A stretch of DNA of 24,000 nt from an uncultured Acidobacteriota bacterium (GCA_963714745.1 CAVQPK010000005.1:153338-177337); one strand, 5' to 3'. Numbered from the stretch's first letter, positions 1-9,075 are shown. Made by a program: numbers and translations. Notes: generated by a model from the letters alone, not told the origin.

Positions 1-1282
1 GGGCGCCGATGAGCTCCTTCTGGGTCGGGGTGTTGATGCCCTGGAAGCAGGAGTCGATCACCATCGGCCACAGGGCGCCGAAGAAGACCTTGCCTGCGCC
101 CGCGGCACGGACCGCCTTCACGATCCGGGTCGCGTTGGTGCCCCGGACGATCGAGTCGTCGACCAGGAAGATGTTCTTGCCCTCGATCATCTTGGCGTCG
201 ACGCGGAAGTCGAGCATCGCCGCCTGGTTGCGGGCCTCCTGGGTTTCCTCCATGAAGATCCGGCCGCCGTAGCGGTACTTGGAGACCGGGGTCGCGTACT
301 GGACCACGGCCTCGGCGACCTCGCGCTCGAGCTTGTTGGCGAAAGCCTCGGCGCCCGGGATCGGGCTGTGGGGAATCGGCACCACGAGGTCGATCTCGGC
401 GACCAGCTCCGGGGCCTGCTCGAGCACCCACATCGCGAGCGAGCGTCCGGCCCGCCAGCGGTGGGACCGGTTCTTGTCGCCCATCATGCTCGACTCGACG
501 TCGGCGAAGTAGATCAGCTCGAAGGCGCACGGACGAGGGTCGCGTTGGAGCAGGATGCGCCGCTCGATCTCGAGATCGCGCCCGATCCAGAGGGCGGAGC
601 CGGCCGGAGGGTCCTCGAGGAGCTCGAAGACGTTCTGCTCCAGGGCGAGGGTCTCGGAGGCCACCATGATGGCGCCCCCCGAGCTGCGGGCGCGACGGCC
701 GACCACCATCGGCCGGAACCCGTGCGGGTCGCGGAAGGCGTAGATTCCGTCGGCGGTCGCCACCACCGTCGAGTAGGCGCCGGTGACACGCTGCTGCACC
801 TCGCCGATGGCCGCGAACATCAGCTCGCGCTCGCTGACACCCGGGCGCTCGCGCCGCAGGTGCTCGAGCCACAGCACCAGCACCCGCAGCAGCGCCTCGG
901 CGTCGCAGTCCGACGCCATCGCCTGGCCGCGACGCGCCAGCTCCGCGGCGACCTGGGGCACGTTGGTGATGTGGCCGTTGTGGGCGATCCCGACTCCCGC
1001 GATCGGGTCGAAGAACGGCTGGGCATTGTCCGCCCCACCGTGACCGGAGGTCTTGTATCGGGTGTGGGCGATGCCGATGTCGCCGGCGAGGTGGCCGAGC
1101 GGCTTGAAGATGTCGTCGGCCAGGCCCTCACCCTTCTCGAGGGCGACCCGCCGGCGCACCGGGTCCAACACGAGCAGGCCCGCGTAGGCCGGGCCCCGGT
1201 GCTGCAGGAAGTGGGCCCCGTTGGCGAGGTCGCGAACGACGGGCTGGCCGCGCTCGCTGATGACTCCCACGATGCCGCACAT
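1..1282 (-). CDS. purF: Amidophosphoribosyltransferase, 3' end truncated by window edge
   Basis: Reverse-strand translation from ATG at 1282: MCGIVGVISERGQPVVRDLANGAHFLQHRGPAYAGLLVLD... (N-terminal Cys Ntn glutaminase), IAHTRYKTSG, and near the edge GGRIFMEETQEARNQAAMLDFRVDAKMIEGKNIFLVDDSIVRGTNATRIV (PRPP-binding loop). Frame is open to position 2, which explains its absence from the ORF track. Confidence 0.95.
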   Translation of the reverse strand, partial: MCGIVGVISERGQPVVRDLANGAHFLQHRGPAYAGLLVLDPVRRRVALEKGEGLADDIFKPLGHLAGDIGIAHTRYKTSGHGGADNAQPFFDPIAGVGIAHNGHITNVPQVAAELARRGQAMASDCDAEALLRVLVLWLEHLRRERPGVSERELMFAAIGEVQQRVTGAYSTVVATADGIYAFRDPHGFRPMVVGRRARSSGGAIMVASETLALEQNVFELLEDPPAGSALWIGRDLEIERRILLQRDPRPCAFELIYFADVESSMMGDKNRSHRWRAGRSLAMWVLEQAPELVAEIDLVVPIPHSPIPGAEAFANKLEREVAEAVVQYATPVSKYRYGGRIFMEETQEARNQAAMLDFRVDAKMIEGKNIFLVDDSIVRGTNATRIVKAVRAAGAGKVFFGALWPMVIDSCFQGINTPTQKELIGA

Positions 1283-1340
1283 ACCGCCCCTCCAGTGCGA
1301 CATGATAGCCGCTCTTCTCCACCGCAGATCCCCCTCCCGC

Positions 1341-1543
1341 CCGGTTGAACCGCGAACCCTCGAAGAGCGCCAAGATCTCGGCACGACAGGACCCTGGAGA
1401 GGTCGTAGGTCTGATCGATCGGAGTCGCTTCGATCACTCGATGGGTCGGGCGGACTGGCGCCACAGCCGAGGTCGAAGGGCCGAGCAGCTCACCCCCTTC
1501 CTGACCTCCCTTCGCGTCCCTGGCGTGGTCGCGGTTCAACCGG
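1341..1543. repeat. 15-bp perfect inverted repeat (CCGGTTGAACCGCGA at 1341-1355; reverse complement at 1529-1543), each arm containing CGGTT-N-AACCG
   Basis: Read directly in the region between divergent purF and acyl-CoA synthetase genes. Confidence 0.75.
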
Positions 1544-1557
1544 ACGCCGGGGTCGGA

Positions 1558-1576
1558 ATCGGACCGGCAGTCCGAT
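1558..1576 (+). other. Small perfect hairpin ATCGGAC-CGGCA-GTCCGAT
   Basis: 7-bp stem, 5-nt loop in the same intergenic region. Confidence 0.4.
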
Positions 1577-1730
1577 GAGGGGCCGGCTGCCCGTCGCCCG
1601 CTGCCCGACCCCGGACTGGAGCCTGGGTGTCAACGGAAGCGACCGCGTTCGCCCAGCGGTCATTCGGGTTGCGGACGCGGCCCGCGCTGAGCTCCTCTGC
1701 GCCCTCCCCGCACCTCTGGCACTCACCAGT

Positions 1731-1759
1731 TTGCGGGGGGCGGGGCCACGGGGGATAAT
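1731..1759 (+). promoter_or_regulatory. Candidate sigma70-type promoter for acyl-CoA synthetase (TTGCGG - 17 nt - GATAAT)
   Basis: -35-like TTGCGG 1731-1736, -10-like GATAAT 1754-1759; SD GAGGAGGT 1772-1779 before ATG 1786. Confidence 0.45.
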
Positions 1760-1785
1760 CGTCCTCTGCCCGAGGAGGTCTCGTC

Positions 1786-3565
1786 ATGCCCGAGCGCACC
1801 GTTCTGGATCTCTACCGCTTCGACGTCGACGCCTCGCGCCCGCGGCACTACCTCCACGTGACGCCGGAGGGGCAGCGAACACTCTCGACCCAGCAGTTCT
1901 TCGCCCGCACGGCCGCGCTCGCCGACGCCCTCGCCGAGCTCGGGATCGCGCGCGGCGACCGGGTGATGCTGCTGTCGGAGAACCGGCCCGAGTGGCACAT
2001 CACGGATCTCGCGGTGCTCGACCTCGGGGCGGTGGACGTTCCGGTCTACGGCACTCTCACCGCGGACCAGATCGCCTACCAGGCAGCCGATTCGGGCGCC
2101 AAGGCTGCGGTGGTGGACGGCCCGGCCCAGCTCGCCAAGCTGCTCGAGGTCCGCGAGCGGTGCTCCGAGCTCGAGCACCTGATCCTGATCGACGGCGACG
2201 CGCCCGACGGCGTGCTTTCGTTCGAGGACCTCACGTCGTCGGCCGCGAGCGGGTCCTCGGGCGATCGCTTCTGGGCCCGCGCCCGCGAGGTCGAGGCCGA
2301 CGACCTGATGACCCTCATCTACACCTCGGGCACCACCGGCGAGCCCAAGGGCGTGATGTTGACCCACGACAATCTGGTCTCCAACGTCAAGTCGTCGGCG
2401 CCCCGGATCCCGGTCACGCGCCACGACCTGGCGCTCGAGTTCCTGCCGCTGTGCCACGTGCTCGAGCGCATGGTGGGCTACATCTACATGTGGCGGGCGA
2501 CCTCGAAGGCCTACTGCTCGGTCTACCATGTCGGCGACCTGCTCGGGGTGATCCGCCCGACCCTCTTCGCCGGGGTCCCCCGGTTCTACGAGAAGGTCCA
2601 GCAGAAGATCATGGACAAGGTCGCCGCCGCGCCGGCGGTGCGCCGCTCGCTCTTCGACTGGGCGCTCGGCGCCGGCCGCCACGCGGCCCATGCCCGCATC
2701 GCCGGCCGCGAGCAGGGCGCGGTCGAGGGGGCGGCCTTCCGTCTCGCGGATCGGCTGGTGCTCGGCAAGGTGCGCGACGCGATCGGCGGCCGGATCCGCT
2801 ACTGCCTCTCCGGCGGCGCCGAGCTTCCGCTCCATGTCGCGGAGTTCTTCCACGCTCTGGGCATCCAGCTGGTCGAGGGGTACGGGCTGACCGAGACCTC
2901 GCCGGTGATCGCGGTCAACGGCGCCGGCCGGGGCATGATCCGGCTCGGCACCGTCGGCAAGCCGCTCGAGGACGTCGAGGTCAAGATCGCCGAGCGACGG
3001 CGAGCTGCTGGTCCGCGGCCCCAACGTCATGAAGGGCTACTGGAACAAGCCCGAGCAGACCGCCGAGGTCTTCGACCGGGACGGGTTCTTCGCGACCGGC
3101 GACATCGCCGAGATCGACGAGGACGGTTTCCTGCTGATCGTCGACCGCAAGAAGGACCTGATCGTCACCGCCGGTGGCAAGAACGTCGCGCCTCAGCCGA
3201 TCGAAAGCCAGCTCAAGCGCTCTCGCTGGGTCGACAGCGCGGTCCTGATCGGCGACCGGCGCCCGTACATCGTCGCCCTGCTGACCCCGGCGGTGGAGGA
3301 GCTCGAGCGCTGGGCCGCGGCCCACAAGGTGCCGTTCGACTCGCTCGACCAGCTGCTCTCCCACCGTCAGGTCCAGGCCTTCCTCGACGAGGCCGTCACC
3401 GCCGCCAACGCCTCGCTGGCACGTTACGAGCAGATCAAGCACTGGCGGGTGCTGCCCACCGCCCTGACCATCGAGGACGGTCACCTGACGCCGACCCTGA
3501 AGGTCAAGAGGCGGGTGATCGAGCAGCAGTTCGCCCACCTGATCGAGGAGATGTACCGGCAGTGA
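1786..3565 (+). CDS. Long-chain fatty-acid--CoA ligase (AMP-forming, FAA1/COG1022 type), one apparent 1-nt insertion near 2995
   Basis: MPERTVLDLYRF...LMTLIYTSGTTGEPKGVMLTHDNLVSN...YGLTETSPVI...then in the next frame DGELLVRGPNVMKGYWNKPEQTAEVFDRDGFFATGDIAEIDEDGFLLIVDRKKDLIVTAGGKNVAPQPIES. Removing one base near 2995 gives 593 codons. Confidence 0.92.
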
Positions 3566-3601
3566 ACCGAGCCTCGCGACATCGGAATCCCGGAGGCTGA
3601 G

Positions 3602-4513
3602 GTGGCGCGGTCCACCCTGCTCGACCGGTTGCTCGGCACGCAGCTGTTGATCGTCACCGGCAAGGGCGGCGTCGGCAAGAGCGCGGTCACCGCGGCGCTC
3701 GGTCGGGTTCTGGCGCGAACGGGGCGACGCACCCTGCTGCTCGAGGTCGACCCGCGCGAAAACCTCCACCACCTGCTCGGGGTCGAGCCCTCGGGCGGCG
3801 AGGTGGTGGCCGCCGGGCCGCGGCTGTGGCTCCAGCATCTCGACGCGCGCGGGGTGCTCGACGACCTGGTGCGAGACAAGCTCAAGGTCCGGCTGCTGGT
3901 CGATCGAGTGCTGCAGAGCCCGATCCACCGGCACTTCACCGAGGGCGCCCCTGGCCTCAAGGAGACCGCGGTCTTCGGTCGCGTGCTGCGTATGCTCGAC
4001 GGTCACGTGCCGCGTCGACTGCCGACGCCGGAGTCGGTGCTGCTGGACGCCCCGGCGACCGGCCACGGGGTGACCTGGATGGCGGCCCCGCAGCTGGTCG
4101 CCGACGTGATCTCGTCGGGACCGATCGGGAGCATGGCGTCGGAGATCGCCGGCTTCCTCGCCGATCGCGAACGCTCCGGGGTGATCGTCGTGACCCTCGC
4201 GGAGGAGATGCCGATCCAGGAGACCCTCGAGCTCAACACCGCGCTCGACGAACGTTTCGGCCGCCGTCCGGAGCTGATCGTCGTGAACGGCCTCTACCCG
4301 GCGGTCCCGGCAAGCCTGAGGGGCGATCCGGACGATCTCCTCGATCGCCTCTGGCGCCGCCGCCGGCAGATCAACGACCGCGAGCTGGAACGGCTGCGCG
4401 CCCGGTGGGACGGCCCTCTCGTCGAGCTGCCCCTGCTCGGCGTCGATCGCGGGCCGCAGCTCGTGGAGGCCCTCGCCCGACATCTCGGGGATGCCCTCGC
4501 GGGGGACGCGTGA
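3602..4513 (+). CDS. ArsA/GET3-family ATPase, first copy
   Basis: LLIVTGKGGVGKSAVTAALGRVLARTGRRTLLLEVDP (deviant Walker A with signature Lys) and VLLDAPATGHGVTWMAAP; GTG start at 3602. Confidence 0.85.
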   Translation: MARSTLLDRLLGTQLLIVTGKGGVGKSAVTAALGRVLARTGRRTLLLEVDPRENLHHLLGVEPSGGEVVAAGPRLWLQHLDARGVLDDLVRDKLKVRLLVDRVLQSPIHRHFTEGAPGLKETAVFGRVLRMLDGHVPRRLPTPESVLLDAPATGHGVTWMAAPQLVADVISSGPIGSMASEIAGFLADRERSGVIVVTLAEEMPIQETLELNTALDERFGRRPELIVVNGLYPAVPASLRGDPDDLLDRLWRRRRQINDRELERLRARWDGPLVELPLLGVDRGPQLVEALARHLGDALAGDA

Positions 4514-5569
4514 ACGTGCTCGAGGCCCCCCTGGTGGTCGTCGTCGGCTCGGGCGGAGTCGGCAAGACGACGCTCGCCGCCGCGATGGCGCTCGCCTCGG
4601 CCGGGCGCGGCCACGACACCCTCGTCGATGACCTTCGACCCGTCCCGCCGTCTCAAGGACACCCTCGGGGTGGCCGCTGGCGATGGGCTGGCATCGGAGA
4701 TCCCGGTCGCCGGACACGCCCGCCTCGCGGCGAGCCTTCTCGACGCCAGGCAGACCTTCGACCGTCTCGTCGAGCGGTACGCCCCCGACCCCGCGGCCCG
4801 GGAGCGGATCCTCACCAACCGCTTCTACGACCACCTTTCGGGCAGCCTCGCCGGGGTGCTCGAGTACATGGCCGTCGGAGCGGCTCTACGAGGTGCGCGA
4901 GCAGGGCGGCTGGTACGCGGGTGATCCTCGACACGCCACCGACCCGCCAGGCGCTCGACTTCCTCGAGGCGCCCGAGCGCATCGTCGGCTTCCTCGACTC
5001 CGGGGCGCTGCGGGTCGCCCTCAAACCGTGGTTCGACGCCGACGGCCAGCTGCGCGCCACCTCGCGGCTGGGGTTCGTCGGCCGCAACGTCGAGGCCTTC
5101 TTCGACCGCATGGTCGGGCTCGAGCTGCTGCGCGACATGGCCGAGTTCTTCCAGGCGTTCGCCCCGCTGTTCGACGGCTTCCGCCACCGCGCGCTCGAGG
5201 TGCAGCAGCTGCTGCGGTCGCCCGAGTCCCTGTTCGTGCTGGTCAGCGGCCCGGGGCCGGATCGGGTCGCCGACACCCTCTTCTTCGCCCGCCGTCTCGC
5301 ACGAGGCCGGCATGCACCTGGGCCCGGTGGTGGTCAACCGCGTGCACCCCACGAGCCCCCGCGGCGACCGCCCGGTGCCGGCCGATGGGAGAGCGCTGAT
5401 CTCATGGCTCGGGCGCCGCGACCGGCGCGGCGTCGAGGAGCTGGCGGCCCTGCTCGGCGGCTCGCACCCGCTGGTCGAGATCCCGCTCCAGCCGGACGAG
5501 CCCAGCGATCTCGAGTCGCTCGCAAAGCTCGGCGCCAGCCTGGAGGCCGCACTGACCGCGTTCCCGTGA
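4510..5569 (+). CDS. ArsA/GET3-family ATPase, second copy; four apparent 1-nt insertions
   Basis: MNVLEAPLVVVVGSGGVGKTTLAAAMALASAGRGHDTLV | MTFDPSRRLKDTLGV...LAGVLEYMAV | ERLYEVREQGGWYA | VILDTPPTRQALDFLEAPERIVGFLDSG...DTLFFARRLA | EAGMHLGPVVVNRVHPTSP...LTAFP*. Removing single bases near 4627, 4877, 4920 and 5301 gives exactly 352 codons. GTG 4510 overlaps the upstream stop. Confidence 0.82.
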
Positions 5570-5635
5570 CGCGCACGGTCCTGCCGCCATCGCTGCGTCG
5601 GTTCCTCCCTCGCCTGCCTGGGGAGACATGCAGGC

Positions 5636-5650
5636 TAGAATCATCCTGTG
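5636..5650 (+). promoter_or_regulatory. Candidate -10 (TAGAAT 5636-5641) positioned for a leaderless or near-leaderless GTG start at 5648
   Basis: GCTAGAATCATCCTGTGG; start codon is 7 nt downstream of the last -10 base and no Shine-Dalgarno is present. No clear -35. Confidence 0.3.
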
Positions 5651-6568
5651 GACGATCGCACCACCAAGGACGAGATCTCGACCGCCGAGCTTCCGACCCT
5701 GTCCGGCTCATCCGCCCAGTCGGCGCCGGAGCACGAACCCTGTGCCGTGATGGTGGTGCTCGAGGGGTGGGAGCCCGGGCGGGTGATCGAGATCGGCCGT
5801 GACGACCTTCTGGTCGGTCGCTCGGTCTCCGCCAACCTCTCCATCCCGAGCCCGACCATCTCGCGTCGGCACGCCCGGCTGGTCTGCGAGCCTGGCGACC
5901 CGCCAAGCCACCGCATCACCGACCTCGGCTCGGCCAACGGGGTGTGGGTGAACGGGCGGGCGGTGCGCGACGCCCGGCTCGCGGACCGCGACACGGTGCA
6001 GCTCGGCGAGGTGGTCCTGAAGTACGTGCTCAACGACCCCGGCGAGCGTGAGCTGTATCGCGAGCTGCACCGCCGACTGCACTTCGACCCGCTCACCGGA
6101 CTGCTCATGCTCGACGCCTTCATGGACCGGCTCCGGGTCGAGATCTCCCGCGGCGCCGGGCCGTTTTCGTTGGTGATGACCGACCTCGACGGCCTCAAGT
6201 CGGTCAACGACCGGTGGGGCCATCCGGTGGGACGGTCGGTGGTCCGGGAGATGGGCTCGATGATCCGGTCCGTGCTGCGGCCCGGCGACCGTGCCGGTCT
6301 GGCCGGCGGCGACGAGGCGATCCTGCTGCTGCCGGCAACCCGCGCAGAGGACGCCCTCGAGATCTGCGAGCGCCTCCGTCGCACGGTCGAGGCCCGGAGC
6401 CTCGAGGCCGGCGAGGAGACCTTCAGCCTCACCATCACCCAGGGGGTGGCCGAGTGGCCGGCGGACGGCGAGTCCGCCGAAGACCTGGTCGCGGCCGCCG
6501 ACAGCGCTCTTGCCGCCGCCAAGGAAGCCGGCCGCAACCGAACCCACCGCGCCGGACCGTCGCCCTGA
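5648..6568 (+). CDS. FHA domain + GGDEF domain protein (putative diguanylate cyclase)
   Basis: FHA: GRVIEIGRDDLLVGRSVSANLSIPSPTISRRHARL...ITDLGSANGVWVNG; GGDEF: FDPLTGLLMLDAFMDRL...LVMTDLDGLKSVNDRWGHPVG...RPGDRAGLAGGDEAILLLPA. Confidence 0.85.
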   Translation: MDDRTTKDEISTAELPTLSGSSAQSAPEHEPCAVMVVLEGWEPGRVIEIGRDDLLVGRSVSANLSIPSPTISRRHARLVCEPGDPPSHRITDLGSANGVWVNGRAVRDARLADRDTVQLGEVVLKYVLNDPGERELYRELHRRLHFDPLTGLLMLDAFMDRLRVEISRGAGPFSLVMTDLDGLKSVNDRWGHPVGRSVVREMGSMIRSVLRPGDRAGLAGGDEAILLLPATRAEDALEICERLRRTVEARSLEAGEETFSLTITQGVAEWPADGESAEDLVAAADSALAAAKEAGRNRTHRAGPSP

Positions 6569-6583
6569 CCCGCAGAGTTGGCG

Positions 6584-6622
6584 TTCACCACCAAGGCACC
6601 AAGACACCACGAGAAACGAAGA
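6584..6622 (+). repeat. Intergenic 8-nt-periodic repeat, copy A
   Basis: TTCACCACCAAGGCACCAAGACACCACGAGAAACGAAGA immediately 3' of the FHA-GGDEF stop. Confidence 0.7.
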
Positions 6623-6720
6623 GATCCGGGTCTGGAGGGCCATCCTGAGTCCGCCCTCACCCTCGTGGAGCGGCGTATCACACCGCTCATCGGGCCGCTC
6701 ATCCGAGTGGACCCGCGATG

Positions 6721-6750
6721 ACTTGGTGCCTTGGTGCCTTGGTGGTGTGC
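6721..6750 (-). repeat. Intergenic 8-nt-periodic repeat, copy B (inverted relative to A)
   Basis: ACTTGGTGCCTTGGTGCCTTGGTGGTGTGC; reverse complement GCACACCACCAAGGCACCAAGGCACCAAGT matches copy A. Confidence 0.7.
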
Positions 6751-6780
6751 CCCGGCGCGAGACGGACCGGGTGTGCCCGC

Positions 6781-9075
6781 CTACCCCCACAGGAGGACGG
6801 TGGAGACGACCTCGATCGAGGTTCGCGTGGGCGACAGCTCGACCTCCTCGACCGCACGGGCGATCCGGTCGGCCTCCTCGGCCAGGCGGTCCACCTCTTC
6901 CTGCAGGTCGAGGGCGAGCTCGTCGATCTCCCGCTCGAGCCTCTCGATCTCGCGCTCGGACTCCTCGACCGACGCGGCCGCAGTCCTCCGCATGCGGTCT
7001 TTGCTGGCGGTCGCCCGGACCTTGGAAGCGGCCTTGCGGGCCGCCGAGCGGACCCCTCGCGAGCCGAGCAGCACCGAGAACAGGCCCTCGACCACCCCGA
7101 GAGCCTGCTCCGCCTTGCGCGACGAAAGCTGGGCCCGGTCGCGGTCGAGCTCATCGCGTTCGCGCTCGAGCCTCCGGGTGAGCGTGTCCTTCTTGCGCTC
7201 GAACCGATCCCTGATGCGCGCCTCGAGCGCGTCGTCCGCCTGGTCGGCCGCGTCGAGGCAGCGGGCGATGAAGGCCTCCCGCGCCTCCCCGGGCTCGGCG
7301 GACAGCTTGAGCTCGCGGTTGACCATCACCGGGTCGACTCGCCGCGCCCGCCAGGAGGTGAAGCTCGCACCGAGCTTCACCAGCGCGCGGTCGAGCTGGG
7401 CCGGTGCGGCCGCCGGGAACGTCATCCCGGGCGGCGGCTCCGGTCCCGCCTGCGGCTCGGCCTCGAGACGCTCGGCCGCCTCCCAGTCGATCCCGGACTC
7501 TGCGGCCGGCAGCCTCCACCACTCCTCGACCGCCCGGTCGACGCCGAGCGAGCGTTGGGCCACGCGTGCGCGGCAGTGAACCACCACCGACGGTTGCGCC
7601 TGGCCCTCGCCCGTGAGCCCGAACCGAGCCTCGACGGCGGTGGCGAGCACCGGGGGCCGGGTCGGCCCCCCAGCGGCGGCTCGATCCACGGACCGGCCGG
7701 CACCCCCCGACGACCACGCTCCCGCCTTCAACAGGGGTCCCAGCTCGGCCGGGGACACCGGCCCCCTCAGGTAGCTCATCGCCCAGCGAGAGGAGAAGAC
7801 CAGGGGGCCGGCGCTCGATCTGACGTCGGCGAGCAGGAACTGGCGTTTGGCGAGCCCGGCGACCCGGCTCTCGACCTCGGACTCCGCGCGTCCTGCAAGT
7901 CCGAGCCCTTCCAAGGCTCTTTCACGATCACGGTCGGTGACCAGCCGGCCGACGAGCTTCACGCCTGCGTTGCCGAGCGCCTTGTAGTCGACGTCGACCG
8001 GGTTCTGGGTCGCCAGCCAGGCGCCGACCCCGAAGGCCCGGCCCTGCTTGAGCAGGGTCAGCAGCGGCATCTTGCACGGCGGGTTGGCGGGATGCGGCGG
8101 CAGGATGCCCTGCAGCTCGTCGATGTAGAGCAGGGCGCGCAGCCCGGACGCCGCCGGCTGGCGGCGCATCCACGCCACCAGCTCGGCGGCGAGCAGAGTG
8201 AGCACGAAGTGGCGCTGCGCCTCGGTCAGGTGGGCCAGCACGACGACCGTCGCCCGCGGTGAGCCCGGGCTTCCGAGCAGCTCACCGAGGTCGAGCGGCA
8301 CGCCCTCGGTCCAGGCTCCGAACGCGGGGCTCGCCAGCAGCGTGTTGAGCGCCATGACCAGTGCGAGCCGCTCCTTGCGGGGGTAGAAAACCTCGAGCGG
8401 CATCACCCCGAGGGTCTCGAACGGGGGCTCGGTGAGACTCGCCAGCAGCTGGGGCAGGTCGAGGACCTCCCGCTTCCGCCAGTGGTCCATCAGGACCGAC
8501 GCCACCAGCACGTGATCACGGTCGGTCAGGGGATCGCCGCCGCGCCCGACCAGCGAGAGCAGGGCCGAGGTGACACCGTCGACCCTCGCGCTCGCCCCGT
8601 CCGGGTCATCCTCCCAGCCCTCCGGTGCGGTCAGCGAAGGCAGGATGTCGAGCGGCGTGCCGGAGGCGAGCCCGGGAGTGACGACCTGCCAGGCGACGCC
8701 GTCGCGGAACGCGCGCACGTCGTCACCACCCAGTCCTGCGGCCTCGAGGCCCTTTCGCCATCGCTCGGCCTGCTCGGCGGCGACCTCTGCCCGGGACCGG
8801 CCACCCGCCACGTCGGCCGGCAGCCACGGCTCGAAGGAGCCAGCGTCGAGCTCCGGGAATGCCAGCAGCAGGTTCGCCATGTCGCCCTTGAGATCGATGA
8901 TGAGCAACGGCGTGCCACGCCGCGCCAGCTCCTCCAGCGCCACGATGCCGAGGCCGGTCTTGCCGGATCCGGTCATGCCGACACACACGGCGTGGGTGGT
9001 CAGGTGGTCAGGATCGAGGTGGAGGCGCTCGCCGGATTCTCCGGCGTGTCCGAGGTAGAGCCCGTCCTCTGCCAT
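6781..9075 (-). CDS. HerA/VirB4-like P-loop ATPase with C-terminal coiled-coil extension
   Basis: HAVCVGMTGSGKTGLGIVALEELARRGTPLLIIDLKGD (Walker A), RALLYIDELQGILPPHPANPPCKMPLLTLLKQGRAFGVGAWLATQNPVDVDYKAL (Walker B/DEXQ plus HerA-like TQ motif), Lys/Glu/Arg-rich heptad-like C-terminus. Confidence 0.75.
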   Translation of the reverse strand: MAEDGLYLGHAGESGERLHLDPDHLTTHAVCVGMTGSGKTGLGIVALEELARRGTPLLIIDLKGDMANLLLAFPELDAGSFEPWLPADVAGGRSRAEVAAEQAERWRKGLEAAGLGGDDVRAFRDGVAWQVVTPGLASGTPLDILPSLTAPEGWEDDPDGASARVDGVTSALLSLVGRGGDPLTDRDHVLVASVLMDHWRKREVLDLPQLLASLTEPPFETLGVMPLEVFYPRKERLALVMALNTLLASPAFGAWTEGVPLDLGELLGSPGSPRATVVVLAHLTEAQRHFVLTLLAAELVAWMRRQPAASGLRALLYIDELQGILPPHPANPPCKMPLLTLLKQGRAFGVGAWLATQNPVDVDYKALGNAGVKLVGRLVTDRDRERALEGLGLAGRAESEVESRVAGLAKRQFLLADVRSSAGPLVFSSRWAMSYLRGPVSPAELGPLLKAGAWSSGGAGRSVDRAAAGGPTRPPVLATAVEARFGLTGEGQAQPSVVVHCRARVAQRSLGVDRAVEEWWRLPAAESGIDWEAAERLEAEPQAGPEPPPGMTFPAAAPAQLDRALVKLGASFTSWRARRVDPVMVNRELKLSAEPGEAREAFIARCLDAADQADDALEARIRDRFERKKDTLTRRLERERDELDRDRAQLSSRKAEQALGVVEGLFSVLLGSRGVRSAARKAASKVRATASKDRMRRTAAASVEESEREIERLEREIDELALDLQEEVDRLAEEADRIARAVEEVELSPTRTSIEVVSTVLLWG

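Noticed and set aside
1345-1578. Small plus-strand ORF (77 aa) upstream of the acyl-CoA synthetase
   Set aside because: No recognisable protein features and it overlaps the inverted repeat region; composition alone does not support coding.
2981-4834. 617-aa minus-strand ORF opposite the acyl-CoA synthetase and ArsA-like genes
   Set aside because: Lies antisense to two well-supported genes; no recognisable domain.
4510-5569. Programmed multi-step +1 frameshifting in the second ArsA-like gene
   Set aside because: Four shifts in 1 kb with unrelated contexts and no stop-codon or slippery motif; sequence error is far more likely. Retained only as a testable alternative.
6584-6750. Possible CRISPR array from periodic CACCAAG repeats
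   Set aside because: Period is about 8 nt with no unique spacers of 25-40 nt and no cas genes.
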